IMG/VR virus record: IMGVR_UViG_3300030330_004845
Coordinates: 1-33,413 of that record
Source of the DNA: a virus
Taxonomy: Duplodnaviria > Caudoviricetes
Direction: 5' to 3' (one strand)
Length of the DNA stretch: 33,413 nt
In this document: piece after piece, positions 25,401-33,413 of the stretch
How positions within the stretch are numbered: the first letter of the stretch is position 1
Layout of the letters: each line of letters opens with the position of its first letter
Program-made: the position numbers and the translations under genes
Notes under the pieces: generated by a model
The model's input: only the letters and a program-made list of their open reading frames with translations
Told to the model about the DNA's origin: nothing
Database searches by the model: none

Positions 25401-28400
25401 TGGAACATGTTTGGGTGATACGGTAGGCTGCGGCGCGTGAATGCCCCCGAAGAAGTGGCGTTGACGCCGAAGGGGTTGCTCAGTCCGAGCGTAGGGATGT
25501 TGGTGAACTGCTCACGCGTCGATGCGTCGATGTCGAGCATCAACTCGTTGAGGTAGATTTCACAGCCGCGCACGTCAGCCATTGTGGCTTCCGACAGGAT
25601 GAGGTCGAAACTGTTCGTTCCCCATTTGAGCGCGACGACCGTAGCCACCATTTGGTCCGTGAGCGTGCGCACCGTGGTGTTGGTTCCGCTCGGGTCCTCA
25701 GGCGCGTCGTTGGATGCAAACGTAGTGTTTTCGTTGTTACCCATGAACTGCTTGCTGAAGAGATTTGGTTGAATGACGATTTGGTAGGCGCCGACCTCAG
25801 CAGGGTCAGGGAAGTTCCACGCCGTGTTGTAGTTGGTGCCGACCTCCAACTGAATGCGATGTCCACCTGCAGCGTTGCAGGAGGCGCTGTCGTCAGCGAT
25901 GCCGTATCCATCGAAGCGCAACTTTGTTTCCGTGAGGAGCGTGAAGCCATCGCCGTGGATGTCGCTCGGTGGGTTGGGCGCGGTGACGCCGGAGAACCAC
26001 ACGAGAGAGTTGGGGATGGCCTTGCTCGTGTCGTAGTCGGTTGCACCAAAGCACGCACGGTTCTCCTCGTAGATGCGTTGATAGATGGGGTGTGCAAGGT
26101 GACCGGGCATCATCGCCATCGTCGGAGTGACGTAGTGGTGCCCCATCCGAGGCAGCGGCATTGGTGTGAGTTTGTTGGCTGCGCGCACCTTTGCTGCAGG
26201 GCTGCTACCGGACGAAACACTCAGCCAATCGGTCAGAGGCTTGTCGGGGCTGTTGCCGCTCACCTCGGCGTGGTCACGCAATCGTCGTGCTGCGAAGTGG
26301 CGCGTCGAGCCTGCAGGGACATAGAACGAGGGCTTGATGGTGTCGCCGCTGCTCCATGAAAAGTCTGGTGCAAAAACAACACCGGTGAAGTCGGAACCGC
26401 TGACGTTGGTGAATGACGCAATCGTGCCGTTGATGCTCAAGAAGTAGCGCCCATCGGGGGTGCCGTCTTGCTTCCAAATGTCCGCGGTGATGGCTGCATT
26501 GGCGGTGATGGTGTTGGTGCCGACTGCCGTGACTGTGAGAGCGTTGCGCGTCATCGCATTGTTGATGATACGCATCGGCTCGCGCTCTGTGTAGGTGTAG
26601 CCCATCTTGGTGACGTGGAAATAGAGCGCGCGGTCATGTGGCTCATACGCTGTCTCAAGCGGGTTCTGCGACTGCAGAGAGTTGGTGCTGTCGGGGAACT
26701 GATTGGGGTTCTGATTGATATGCTCGTATCCTGTCTGTTCCCAACGTGGTGCGGTTTGAGGTCGCCCTGCATCTGCTTGGAAGTTCGTCAGCACCTCGCC
26801 TGCAGGTTGCGACGGGTGCTGCAAGCCACCGCTGCCCATCGTTTCGTGTTGATAGGCTTGCAGCCGGTCGAAGCCAGAGCGCACGAGAATGTTGCCGGGG
26901 ATGTCGTCGTGGTTGGGCAGTTGAATCTTCATGTTAGGCGACGTGCCGCTGCCCGCCAAAGCAGGAGCCAAGCCCTCGTTTTCACGGTCGTGAATCAACT
27001 CGTAGTCCCGAATGACGACACCAAGCGGTGAGCCGCCCTCAAGGGTGTGCTGCTGCCCGGTGTCGTCCGTGACGATGATGGAATTGAATTGCGTCTCCTC
27101 GTTCGGAATGCTCAGCGCGTTGCGCACTTCGTAGGGGAATTGCTCAGCAAGAGAAGGATGCGCGAGTTCCTGCGCTTGGATGATGGGATACATCGCGGCA
27201 TTCGTTGTTTCAAACGAGAAGCGCACGTTGCCGTAGATGGTTTCACCGAAGCGAACGTATTCGCTGCCTACCTTGTGCACAGTCCACGGGATGGCCCCAA
27301 GACCGCGCGCGTTTTGAGCAGGCATCGTCAGGTTGCCGCCACCCATTCGCTTCCAAACGACGTGCTCGACGAAAAAGTTGCGCGCGGCGACGCGGTCTTT
27401 CCAGTAGTCGAAGATGTCTCCGCGGTGGTCGGAGTAGGAGGTGTAGCCGCTCATGCTCACCTTCGCTGTCTCGCTGTCGAACAGGTTGTCGTTCGGGTAG
27501 TTGGAGACGTTGGGGTTCTGCTCTTGGTCAAAGAAAAGGTCACCCGTAGGGAACAGACAGGTTTCCATCTGAGCAAGCCCGGTGCTCACCCCTGTCGTGA
27601 ACAGAGGAGACGCGTCTGTAGGTTTCGTGATGGTGACGTCGTGTAGTGCTTCGACGTGCGGTCCCGCGTTTGACTCAGCGCTGTAGCGGTCTGTGTTGAA
27701 CCGGTCGTTGTGATAGGCGAGAACGGTGCCGCCCTCAGTCCCTCCCCACTTGAGTTGCAGCATGTCGCCGCATGCTTCCTGCCCGTTGCGCCACGACTTG
27801 GCGATGATGGGCAGGTCACCTTCGTAGGAAACGACAAGGAAGTGGCGTTGATGCAGCCCTGTCGCATCGTGCGAGGTAGACTTGGGAACCCAGTCAGCCT
27901 CAGCGTTCTCAGCGCTGTCGGTCTGCAGCACCCATTGAATACTGCCTGCTTGGTGGCATCCAAGCGCAGACCCGTATGGGTTGAAACCGAGAGATGGATG
28001 CCATGCACCCAGCCCTGAAGCAAGGCGGTCGTTGCCGTTGTCTGCGACCTTGAGGCTGTTGAAGTAGGAGTAACGCTCACCACTCCACCCCACCGCTCCA
28101 ACGGCGCGCGTCCTATCTATTGCGTCGGTCACCCCGCTGAAGTGCACCTGCGTGGTCGCAAAGTGGTCGAAGGGGCTGTTCGACATCTGCCCGCTTGCTG
28201 TCGCCGACGTTGAGCGCGTGCTCTCAAGCGTGGCCTGAATGCCGTTGTCCCACCGCAAGTTGCCCGCTTTCGACCACGCGAACGCCCTGAAGTTGCTACC
28301 AAGAGAGGTGACCGCTGCCGCTGTCGTTGGGTCCTCCAATCGAGTCTGATTGGAGCACACGTTGCGACCGAGCACGAAGACGCCGTTGCCTTGGTCATAG

Positions 28401-31400
28401 TGGGAGTAGTAGCCGTAGTAGGAATCTGTTCCGTTGCTGACGCGCAACCAACCGTTTTCGGGCAGCGTAAGCGGTAGCCCTGCGGGGATGGTGAGCAGCC
28501 CGTTGGTGTCGTCGTAGTTTGCGTCGGCAACGCTGCCGAGGTCAATCCAACCGTATCGGTCTTGGCGTTGCGCGTCTTGGAAGGAGGGCAGGAACGAGCC
28601 GCCCAACGCCTTGAGGTTGGAGCGACCGGGGTAGGTGTTGATGGCTGAGGCCACGACTGCCGCCAACTCCTCCGCATTCTGGCATCGCGTCGCGTCAATC
28701 AGGAAGACGTCGTCAGGGACGTTTGAGTCAGCGAGCGTTGCGTCATAGTCCGTCAGCACATACGAGCCTACGCGGAACATCGTAGCGTTAAGCCCCAAGC
28801 GCTCGATGTGAGTCATCGCCGTGTTTGCCGAGTTGACGAGGCTTGCAGTTACAGGATGCGGCGCGTTCTTTCTTACGCCGTTGTCGAACCATGAACCACC
28901 TGCCGTGTAGCCGCCGTCGAGATGGAAGATTAGTTTGTCGAGGGCGAAGTCGGTGATGCCTCCCGAGTAAAGCCTCGCTGCTCCATAGAAAGAGAAGGGG
29001 TGCGCGTATTTGTTCGATGCCGAAGGCCCAGTAGCCGTCGGTGTGAAGAAGTGGTTGGTCACAAAGCGACCGTTGACTGGCGAGGCGAGGTTGAAGTCCG
29101 TGTTCGGCGAACCGTAAGCAGGCTCCCAATGTCGGAATGTCTCGTAGGGGAAGACGTTGGTCGCTCCATATGCGTCCACCATCGGCAAGAATTGGTCGGC
29201 TCCGCTGTCGAGCGTTGTGTTGCTGAGTTCGTTTGGGAGGAAGTAGCCCGCTTCGTTGCCTTGGTTGAACGTAGTGCCCATCGCCCCGTCAAGGCTGCAG
29301 TATTTCTTCCACGCAGCCGTCCACTTTGCCGACGGCTCGACCGACGTGGTCACGGCCAAAGCCTCCCCTCGCCAATGCTTGGGCACGGCCTGACCCGGCC
29401 CGAAAATCATGTAGGCAACGCTGTTCGCAGAATCTGTGTAGCGAGCGTATGGGTGAGCAAACCGAAGAATGACGGGCACCGGTTTGGCGACCTTGACGTT
29501 CGTGTAGGTCGTGCTTGGGATTGAGTGCGAGTTGGTGTTGCCGTCAAGGTCTGTATTCAGGACAGCATCGGAGTTGGCGAAAGGTGGTGTTGGCTCACCT
29601 CGGTGCTGATTCAACAGCGGTGCGGCAGGGAACATGGCGAACATCGCAGCCGTGTCGATGAGCGCGTAAGCGCCCATATTCTCACCGACGTTCTGCAAGC
29701 CTGCGCTTCCCGTGGGACCGCTTGCGTAGGGGTGCTTATTGTGCGTCGAGTAATCGACGCGCGACCCGTCGTTGACGTCCATCACGACACCGCTGAAGCC
29801 ACCGCCAAAGTAGAGCGGGACGTGGTGGTCAATGCTGTCGTGCGCGCCACGGAAATAGAGCAGGGGATTGCCTCTCCTATTCGCGCGCAAGCGCATTCCT
29901 TGGATGTCGTTAACGAACTTGAAACGCTGCAGGATGCTTGTCGAGGTGATGCTCGTTCGGAACGAGCCTTTGCCGTCGTTGTGGTGGAAAGCAAACAAGC
30001 GCGATGCAACTGTATTCTTAGCGGCCATAGAACTAAGCGCAGCACAGAAAACATAGGTGTCCTCATCGACGTCCAATCGTTTGAAGGGCGACCACGAGCC
30101 GTCGATGGCTCCGCCAAACTCGGTGTTCGCCGTGTCTTCGCCGTGGTTGCTTCCGCCCGAAATGTGCTGTAACTGCCATGCGTATTGCCGACCGAGGACT
30201 GCAAAGTGGTGAGGGTCGCGTGCTTGGATTTGGTATGTGTCGTGGTCGCTTCCGGGCATCGACACACCGTCCATTTGGAACGTAACTGCTTCAAGCGCAG
30301 GTGTGATGTGGTCGCTCTCGAAGCGCGTGTATTTGTCGCCGCGCAGGTGCTTTTGCCAATCGGAAGTGTCGACTGCGTTGTTGGTTTGGTCGACAAGAAT
30401 AGGCGTGGCCGTGTTGGCGTTGTTCCCACGGAAGCGTGTCGTGATGGTCAACAACGTGCTCGGCAAGTAGCCTGTATCAAGAAGGATAGCGTTGAGTTCC
30501 TGTGTTGGCTTCACACCACCGAACTGACCACCGCTACCGTGCGAAGCCGCTACCAAATCGTGCTCCTTCGTGCTCGCGCTGATACCCCAATCTTTCGACA
30601 ACGAAACAGAGAACATCGAGCGCAGCGGCACGACCTGTTTCTGACTGTTGAACGTGCTGATGCGCACCGCTGTCCTTGCGTTCTCACCGAGCCACTCTTC
30701 GTAGGTGCGACCGTCTGGCGCGCGCAAGTGGCTGCAGTCGAAGTATTGGTCCTCTTCGTTGGGGTCAACGGTGAACGCGTAGGCGGTGGCTGCTGCGATG
30801 AGTTCGTCGGTCACGATGGTGGTTTGATTGAGGAAGGGGCTGAGGATGACGGGGGTAGCGTTGTTATCGTGTGCCGTCGGACCACGCTTCGCAGCACCGC
30901 CTGCGACCGTCCCAAACCATTGTTCCATGTCGTCTGCGTTGACGCCTTCTAAACCGAAGAACGTGTGCTGACCACCTCGTCCGTTATGCGTGCGTGACGT
31001 GTAGGAAAAGACGACGCCTACGTCGTTATATTGGCTCGTAGAGGATGGGATAGCGAGCCAAATCAAACCGCTGTCGGGAAAGCCCATCCATCCGAGCACG
31101 TCGTCGACATCAGGAAGCGAGTGCCAGATTCCGCCGTCGTGGTAACCGTAGCCGCTCGCACTCTTCAGAATAAGCGTGTTGGGGTTGTCGTAACTCGCGC
31201 CTGTCTTGGCGACCGTGTCTGAGTCAACCGTCACAGCATAGCCTGCGTTGGGCGTGTAGACGCCGCGCCACTTGTTTCCGCGCCATTGGTGGTCGTTCGT
31301 TCCCGTGTAAAAGAACGGCGTGCCCTGTCCGCCTTCGCCCCACATGTGCGCGCCAAGGGTGAAACCACCTTGTGCGACGTCTCGGTCGTCAAAATAGATG

Positions 31401-33413
31401 AGCGTCTCTTCGTCGATGGTGCTCGGCATCACCGAGTTTCGATGCGAGAATGACTCACCCTCTTTCCGATAGATGTAGCGCAAGATGTGCGATTTGCCGC
31501 GATGGTCCACCATCTTCAGCCCGTAGAGGCGTTGCGTGCCTACAGATTCGTCGCTGATTTGCGCAGCAGGCGCATAGGGGTAGTTGGCGTAGTAGGTGTC
31601 CGTGGTTGCGAGGTATTGACCATAGACCGATGAGAAGCGCCCGCTACTCTTGCCGTCTTCACCGAAGCCCCAAATGCCCGCGTCGGGCGCGAAACCGGGC
31701 ACACCTGCAGCCACGATGCCGCCAAAGTTGACGCGCGCCTTTGCACGCGTTCCAACCTGCAACCCTTCGCGGATGGTGAACTTCTGCCCTGCGTTCTCAA
31801 ACGACTCCATCGCGCCGCTGTTAGAGGAGCGTCCGGTGGTTGCTCCGGTGTTCGGCGACTCGTTGCCTGAAATGGTGGTGTTGTAGTCGGCGTGGTAGCC
31901 AAGGTGCAGATTGGTGACGAACTCGTCAGAAGCCTCGTCCAAAGCAACGTATTCGCGCAGCGTTGTGATGGGTGCGAAGGGACGACCGTTCTTGTCGATG
32001 GGCATCGGAGCAGGGTGCATGTTTTCCCCGGCAAGTTCAGGTGGCGCGCAGAAGAAGTTCCTGAATCGCCCGCCGTGTCCGATGAGGAACTGCGGCTTAT
32101 ACTCCGACTGTCCTTTGCTGTTGTCGAGCCACACGCAGAAGTTGCGACCGCTTGCACCCGGCACCGTTGAGTGGATAACGATGCTGTAGCCTTCGTTGCC
32201 TTCAGCATCCTCAACGACGCGCCCCAAGTGCGCGCGCATGTATCCCATATGCGAACCACGGTCGAACGACGTGAACGCATTGTCCATCCAAAACGGTGCA
32301 GGGTCGTGCGTTGAACCCGTCACGGCAAAGTCAGCGTGGTGATGTGCAGCCGTTGCGTCCGTTGGCTCAAAGCCTCCACCACCGGCGCTAACAGCACGTC
32401 GATTGATGTCGAAGCGCTCACCCTCACCGGGGAACTGGTCAGACGGGCGTCGTTGGCTGCTGCGTCCGTTAGGAGCACCTGCTTGGTTGATGAGTCGCAC
32501 GACCTCACGGGCTGCTGCCTCAATGTCGGTCACACCCTCACGCAGACCAACCTCGCCCAAGTCGACAGAGAGTCGGCGCACGAACTCCATTTGCTCCCAA
32601 TGAGGCAGATGCTGCAGCCTGTCTTCGTAGTGGCTGGTGAGCACGTTGAATGACGCGCGCTTTCCTTTGAGGCACAAGAAGGCGGAAATGGCGCGAGTGC
32701 CGTCAGGGGTGTCGAAGAAGGTCGAACTGAACTGATAGGCTCCTGCTGTGCCGTCGACAATCTTCTCGGAGTCAGCGTTGAGAATGGTTTCAGCATGGCG
32801 TGTCTGTGCGCTGTCGATAGCGATGACCGACTGAGAAACACGACCATGACCAAACTCAGCCGTCTCCTCTCCGAACTTAACGTAGTGTTCAGTCTGACGC
32901 CCACTCCGAACATAGGTGCGCGCAAGGTTGGTGCTCAGATAGGCCTCATCCATCAGATACCATGCACGGTGAGCGTAAGCCCCCTCAACGAAGCGAGACT
33001 TGCCTTCCTCTTTCAGCAGGTCATAGTTGACGCTGTTGATGGTTTCCGTGTGCGTTGATGATGTGGTGGCCTTGTCCTTCCTTTGGGTCTTGAAGCCTGC
33101 AGCCACGTCCAAGCCCTCAATCGTCGGCGTTGCGGCGCTTGTCTGAACCTGCATCTGCAGGTCATGGAATGCGATGAACTCACGGTCATGCGCGACATCA
33201 TACAGGAGAACGCGCGCATGCTGTTCTGTGCTGAGGTATGGGTCAAGGTAAGCGACAACGGGAGCATTGGTGCTGTGACCAAGTTCGGACCAGTTGAGTT
33301 CGATGGTCTTGTTGACGTGTTGCACAAAGTTCCTTGCTGTCTCGATGCAGGTGTCGCCGATGAGGAAGTTTTCCAACGGAAGCGTGTCGCGCGCTTCTGT
33401 GCCGAGCGCCCCC
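22409..33413 (-). CDS. Giant putative virion structural protein (partial, >3,660 aa)
   Basis: The 3655-aa ORF frame stays open upstream of TTG 33376 to the window edge (GALGTEARDTLPLENF...). Beta-rich, G/T/S/N-rich composition; coupled to tail genes by an ATGA overlap. Confidence 0.85.
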   Translation of the reverse strand, partial: GALGTEARDTLPLENFLIGDTCIETARNFVQHVNKTIELNWSELGHSTNAPVVAYLDPYLSTEQHARVLLYDVAHDREFIAFHDLQMQVQTSAATPTIEGLDVAAGFKTQRKDKATTSSTHTETINSVNYDLLKEEGKSRFVEGAYAHRAWYLMDEAYLSTNLARTYVRSGRQTEHYVKFGEETAEFGHGRVSQSVIAIDSAQTRHAETILNADSEKIVDGTAGAYQFSSTFFDTPDGTRAISAFLCLKGKRASFNVLTSHYEDRLQHLPHWEQMEFVRRLSVDLGEVGLREGVTDIEAAAREVVRLINQAGAPNGRSSQRRPSDQFPGEGERFDINRRAVSAGGGGFEPTDATAAHHHADFAVTGSTHDPAPFWMDNAFTSFDRGSHMGYMRAHLGRVVEDAEGNEGYSIVIHSTVPGASGRNFCVWLDNSKGQSEYKPQFLIGHGGRFRNFFCAPPELAGENMHPAPMPIDKNGRPFAPITTLREYVALDEASDEFVTNLHLGYHADYNTTISGNESPNTGATTGRSSNSGAMESFENAGQKFTIREGLQVGTRAKARVNFGGIVAAGVPGFAPDAGIWGFGEDGKSSGRFSSVYGQYLATTDTYYANYPYAPAAQISDESVGTQRLYGLKMVDHRGKSHILRYIYRKEGESFSHRNSVMPSTIDEETLIYFDDRDVAQGGFTLGAHMWGEGGQGTPFFYTGTNDHQWRGNKWRGVYTPNAGYAVTVDSDTVAKTGASYDNPNTLILKSASGYGYHDGGIWHSLPDVDDVLGWMGFPDSGLIWLAIPSSTSQYNDVGVVFSYTSRTHNGRGGQHTFFGLEGVNADDMEQWFGTVAGGAAKRGPTAHDNNATPVILSPFLNQTTIVTDELIAAATAYAFTVDPNEEDQYFDCSHLRAPDGRTYEEWLGENARTAVRISTFNSQKQVVPLRSMFSVSLSKDWGISASTKEHDLVAASHGSGGQFGGVKPTQELNAILLDTGYLPSTLLTITTRFRGNNANTATPILVDQTNNAVDTSDWQKHLRGDKYTRFESDHITPALEAVTFQMDGVSMPGSDHDTYQIQARDPHHFAVLGRQYAWQLQHISGGSNHGEDTANTEFGGAIDGSWSPFKRLDVDEDTYVFCAALSSMAAKNTVASRLFAFHHNDGKGSFRTSITSTSILQRFKFVNDIQGMRLRANRRGNPLLYFRGAHDSIDHHVPLYFGGGFSGVVMDVNDGSRVDYSTHNKHPYASGPTGSAGLQNVGENMGAYALIDTAAMFAMFPAAPLLNQHRGEPTPPFANSDAVLNTDLDGNTNSHSIPSTTYTNVKVAKPVPVILRFAHPYARYTDSANSVAYMIFGPGQAVPKHWRGEALAVTTSVEPSAKWTAAWKKYCSLDGAMGTTFNQGNEAGYFLPNELSNTTLDSGADQFLPMVDAYGATNVFPYETFRHWEPAYGSPNTDFNLASPVNGRFVTNHFFTPTATGPSASNKYAHPFSFYGAARLYSGGITDFALDKLIFHLDGGYTAGGSWFDNGVRKNAPHPVTASLVNSANTAMTHIERLGLNATMFRVGSYVLTDYDATLADSNVPDDVFLIDATRCQNAEELAAVVASAINTYPGRSNLKALGGSFLPSFQDAQRQDRYGWIDLGSVADANYDDTNGLLTIPAGLPLTLPENGWLRVSNGTDSYYGYYSHYDQGNGVFVLGRNVCSNQTRLEDPTTAAAVTSLGSNFRAFAWSKAGNLRWDNGIQATLESTRSTSATASGQMSNSPFDHFATTQVHFSGVTDAIDRTRAVGAVGWSGERYSYFNSLKVADNGNDRLASGLGAWHPSLGFNPYGSALGCHQAGSIQWVLQTDSAENAEADWVPKSTSHDATGLHQRHFLVVSYEGDLPIIAKSWRNGQEACGDMLQLKWGGTEGGTVLAYHNDRFNTDRYSAESNAGPHVEALHDVTITKPTDASPLFTTGVSTGLAQMETCLFPTGDLFFDQEQNPNVSNYPNDNLFDSETAKVSMSGYTSYSDHRGDIFDYWKDRVAARNFFVEHVVWKRMGGGNLTMPAQNARGLGAIPWTVHKVGSEYVRFGETIYGNVRFSFETTNAAMYPIIQAQELAHPSLAEQFPYEVRNALSIPNEETQFNSIIVTDDTGQQHTLEGGSPLGVVIRDYELIHDRENEGLAPALAGSGTSPNMKIQLPNHDDIPGNILVRSGFDRLQAYQHETMGSGGLQHPSQPAGEVLTNFQADAGRPQTAPRWEQTGYEHINQNPNQFPDSTNSLQSQNPLETAYEPHDRALYFHVTKMGYTYTEREPMRIINNAMTRNALTVTAVGTNTITANAAITADIWKQDGTPDGRYFLSINGTIASFTNVSGSDFTGVVFAPDFSWSSGDTIKPSFYVPAGSTRHFAARRLRDHAEVSGNSPDKPLTDWLSVSSGSSPAAKVRAANKLTPMPLPRMGHHYVTPTMAMMPGHLAHPIYQRIYEENRACFGATDYDTSKAIPNSLVWFSGVTAPNPPSDIHGDGFTLLTETKLRFDGYGIADDSASCNAAGGHRIQLEVGTNYNTAWNFPDPAEVGAYQIVIQPNLFSKQFMGNNENTTFASNDAPEDPSGTNTTVRTLTDQMVATVVALKWGTNSFDLILSEATMADVRGCEIYLNELMLDIDASTREQFTNIPTLGLSNPFGVNATSSGAFTRRSLPYHPNMFHRSTPGNTVTVPWWSAALASSTIFSSTNNWKRLEQYQPDDYYLFCRSTLGAVGTQTTMLGYPSHYLDVYTEYLTSLTPTATIEHGDQSAAKLYVRNNTLFPLVGLSYYRHRLTITDASGVEQTATYVDRGYISGLGASGPVVFNGIANTTSGFWAAATQGATVRLSSPYNNLPPGGIYTQSEASVATRNLPQLLSGTRDTNSLHLPDAYLCLWHYNLGRPMTWFSDSRTNKGDAAVDKKAFNHAPEHFEMVHYHEFTYAMSDGPFKFRMKAWEGPGDGLTDSYPDSNYPHQAGTDGKSRKYQLGAFWPGGHRFGAQMSSLSLYGTAAPGWRNKWDDSNIKTVSDAKGLVVANADIETLSETIDSAATKRNAGWGYRISVRQPYNRPRWAIKSNQALRDPHAYYHYDAEGPFVSNEQTTVNTNTQSSSGNSNVTSTAQPSYVGIIERQTNASALIGSDLKLQQVRYSDGRRMTKGFGCAVRNIRNPETAIRQFHADTPAGHRMSTDVEDQRVNLALAQAHYMVDWWGNTTGEEVRRFPVRGFGVRPSWDPEDAYRATDRTKSAETMFDDATLRFSLAEKTFFDPATAKRVGDRGDGRGVRYPTYFNEDVLQAVSEDLRPFGLVLSHHTSEPAFTSGLIRPSNVALQAHEMPQGISARLELAGGDGLLKREANVGTNVEKSNFTFMQEPIAKSKPRIGLDAMTVGENDGEMGDNYVIASTEAHSLHTDRQVGQRFIFSGGVSTSDRTVGNLNLHTLNLSSAKQVLKFGTTHGIPPIGGTYVLEVSSDGEAISDHQWGASSGVTTNPYQTSNHDSTSYKTNVKDQTLKFLVRPVRVLDNRHIELFRDDTTHVLSATAAGRYGVFMYDAPNARAADSASSYMRNTNPAPSNPPYAPVYLFNLTSSTSAPASVGPLIPGADASDFTTSATQAVARMVVTNNTLQHFRGDASRRQSVKQDDEQFIRLDYTVQPRYTQSLFAGDKMNTASHASEGDRTDNGVGA

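Larger units (their letters stand above)
1..33413. mobile_element. Archaeal tailed dsDNA virus genome fragment, magrovirus-like (probable host Marine Group II Euryarchaeota)
   Basis: Divergent archaeal-type replisome genes and a thermosome form one overlapped block that converges on tail-fibre, hub-like and giant virion genes. No cellular housekeeping genes. This combination matches the described organisation of magroviruses; host assignment is inference. Confidence 0.85.

Noticed and set aside
22409-33413. Giant ORF as a tape measure protein or virion RNA polymerase
   Set aside because: It is not helical or Ala/Leu-repeat rich, and I saw no convincing DxDGD-type catalytic context (NTDLDGN near 29540 lacks the last Asp). 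The missing N-terminal part cannot be judged.
1-33413. Cellular archaeal chromosome segment
   Set aside because: Replication genes are highly divergent and condensed, lie next to tail-fibre genes, and no metabolic or translation genes are present. No integrase or att site is visible, so a provirus cannot be shown either.

Overview
The window is a fragment of a large, high-GC archaeal tailed dsDNA virus (Caudoviricetes). Gene content and order best fit the 'magroviruses' of Marine Group II Euryarchaeota (Poseidoniales); this assignment is inferred, not from a database search. The + strand (1-14.4 kb) is a tightly overlapped, archaeal-type replication/recombination block: RFC clamp loader, probable SSB, RecA/Sak4-like ATPase, probable sliding clamp, family B DNA polymerase, Cas4-like nuclease, fused PriS-PriL primase, XPF/ERCC4 nuclease, MCM-like AAA+ ATPase, DEDDy exonuclease, group II chaperonin and several small Zn fingers. 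The - strand (14.5-33.4 kb) converges on it and carries virion genes: a giant protein (>3,660 aa, open at the window edge), a hub-like protein, a tail fibre and two highly charged proteins. The most interesting signals are: (1) a modular 526-aa protein with GNAT-like, HNH-like and Zn-ribbon units separated by recurring 'LK' motifs, a candidate protease-processed, capsid-packaged effector polyprotein; (2) apparent avoidance of GATC, AGCT, GTAC, CTAG and CCWGG, visible as context-dependent codon switching; (3) non-canonical catalytic motifs in the polymerase; (4) a 16-nt identical start region shared by two adjacent genes; (5) a hidden CTG-start membrane micro-ORF. No tRNA, rRNA or CRISPR array was seen. 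All calls come from motif reading by eye.
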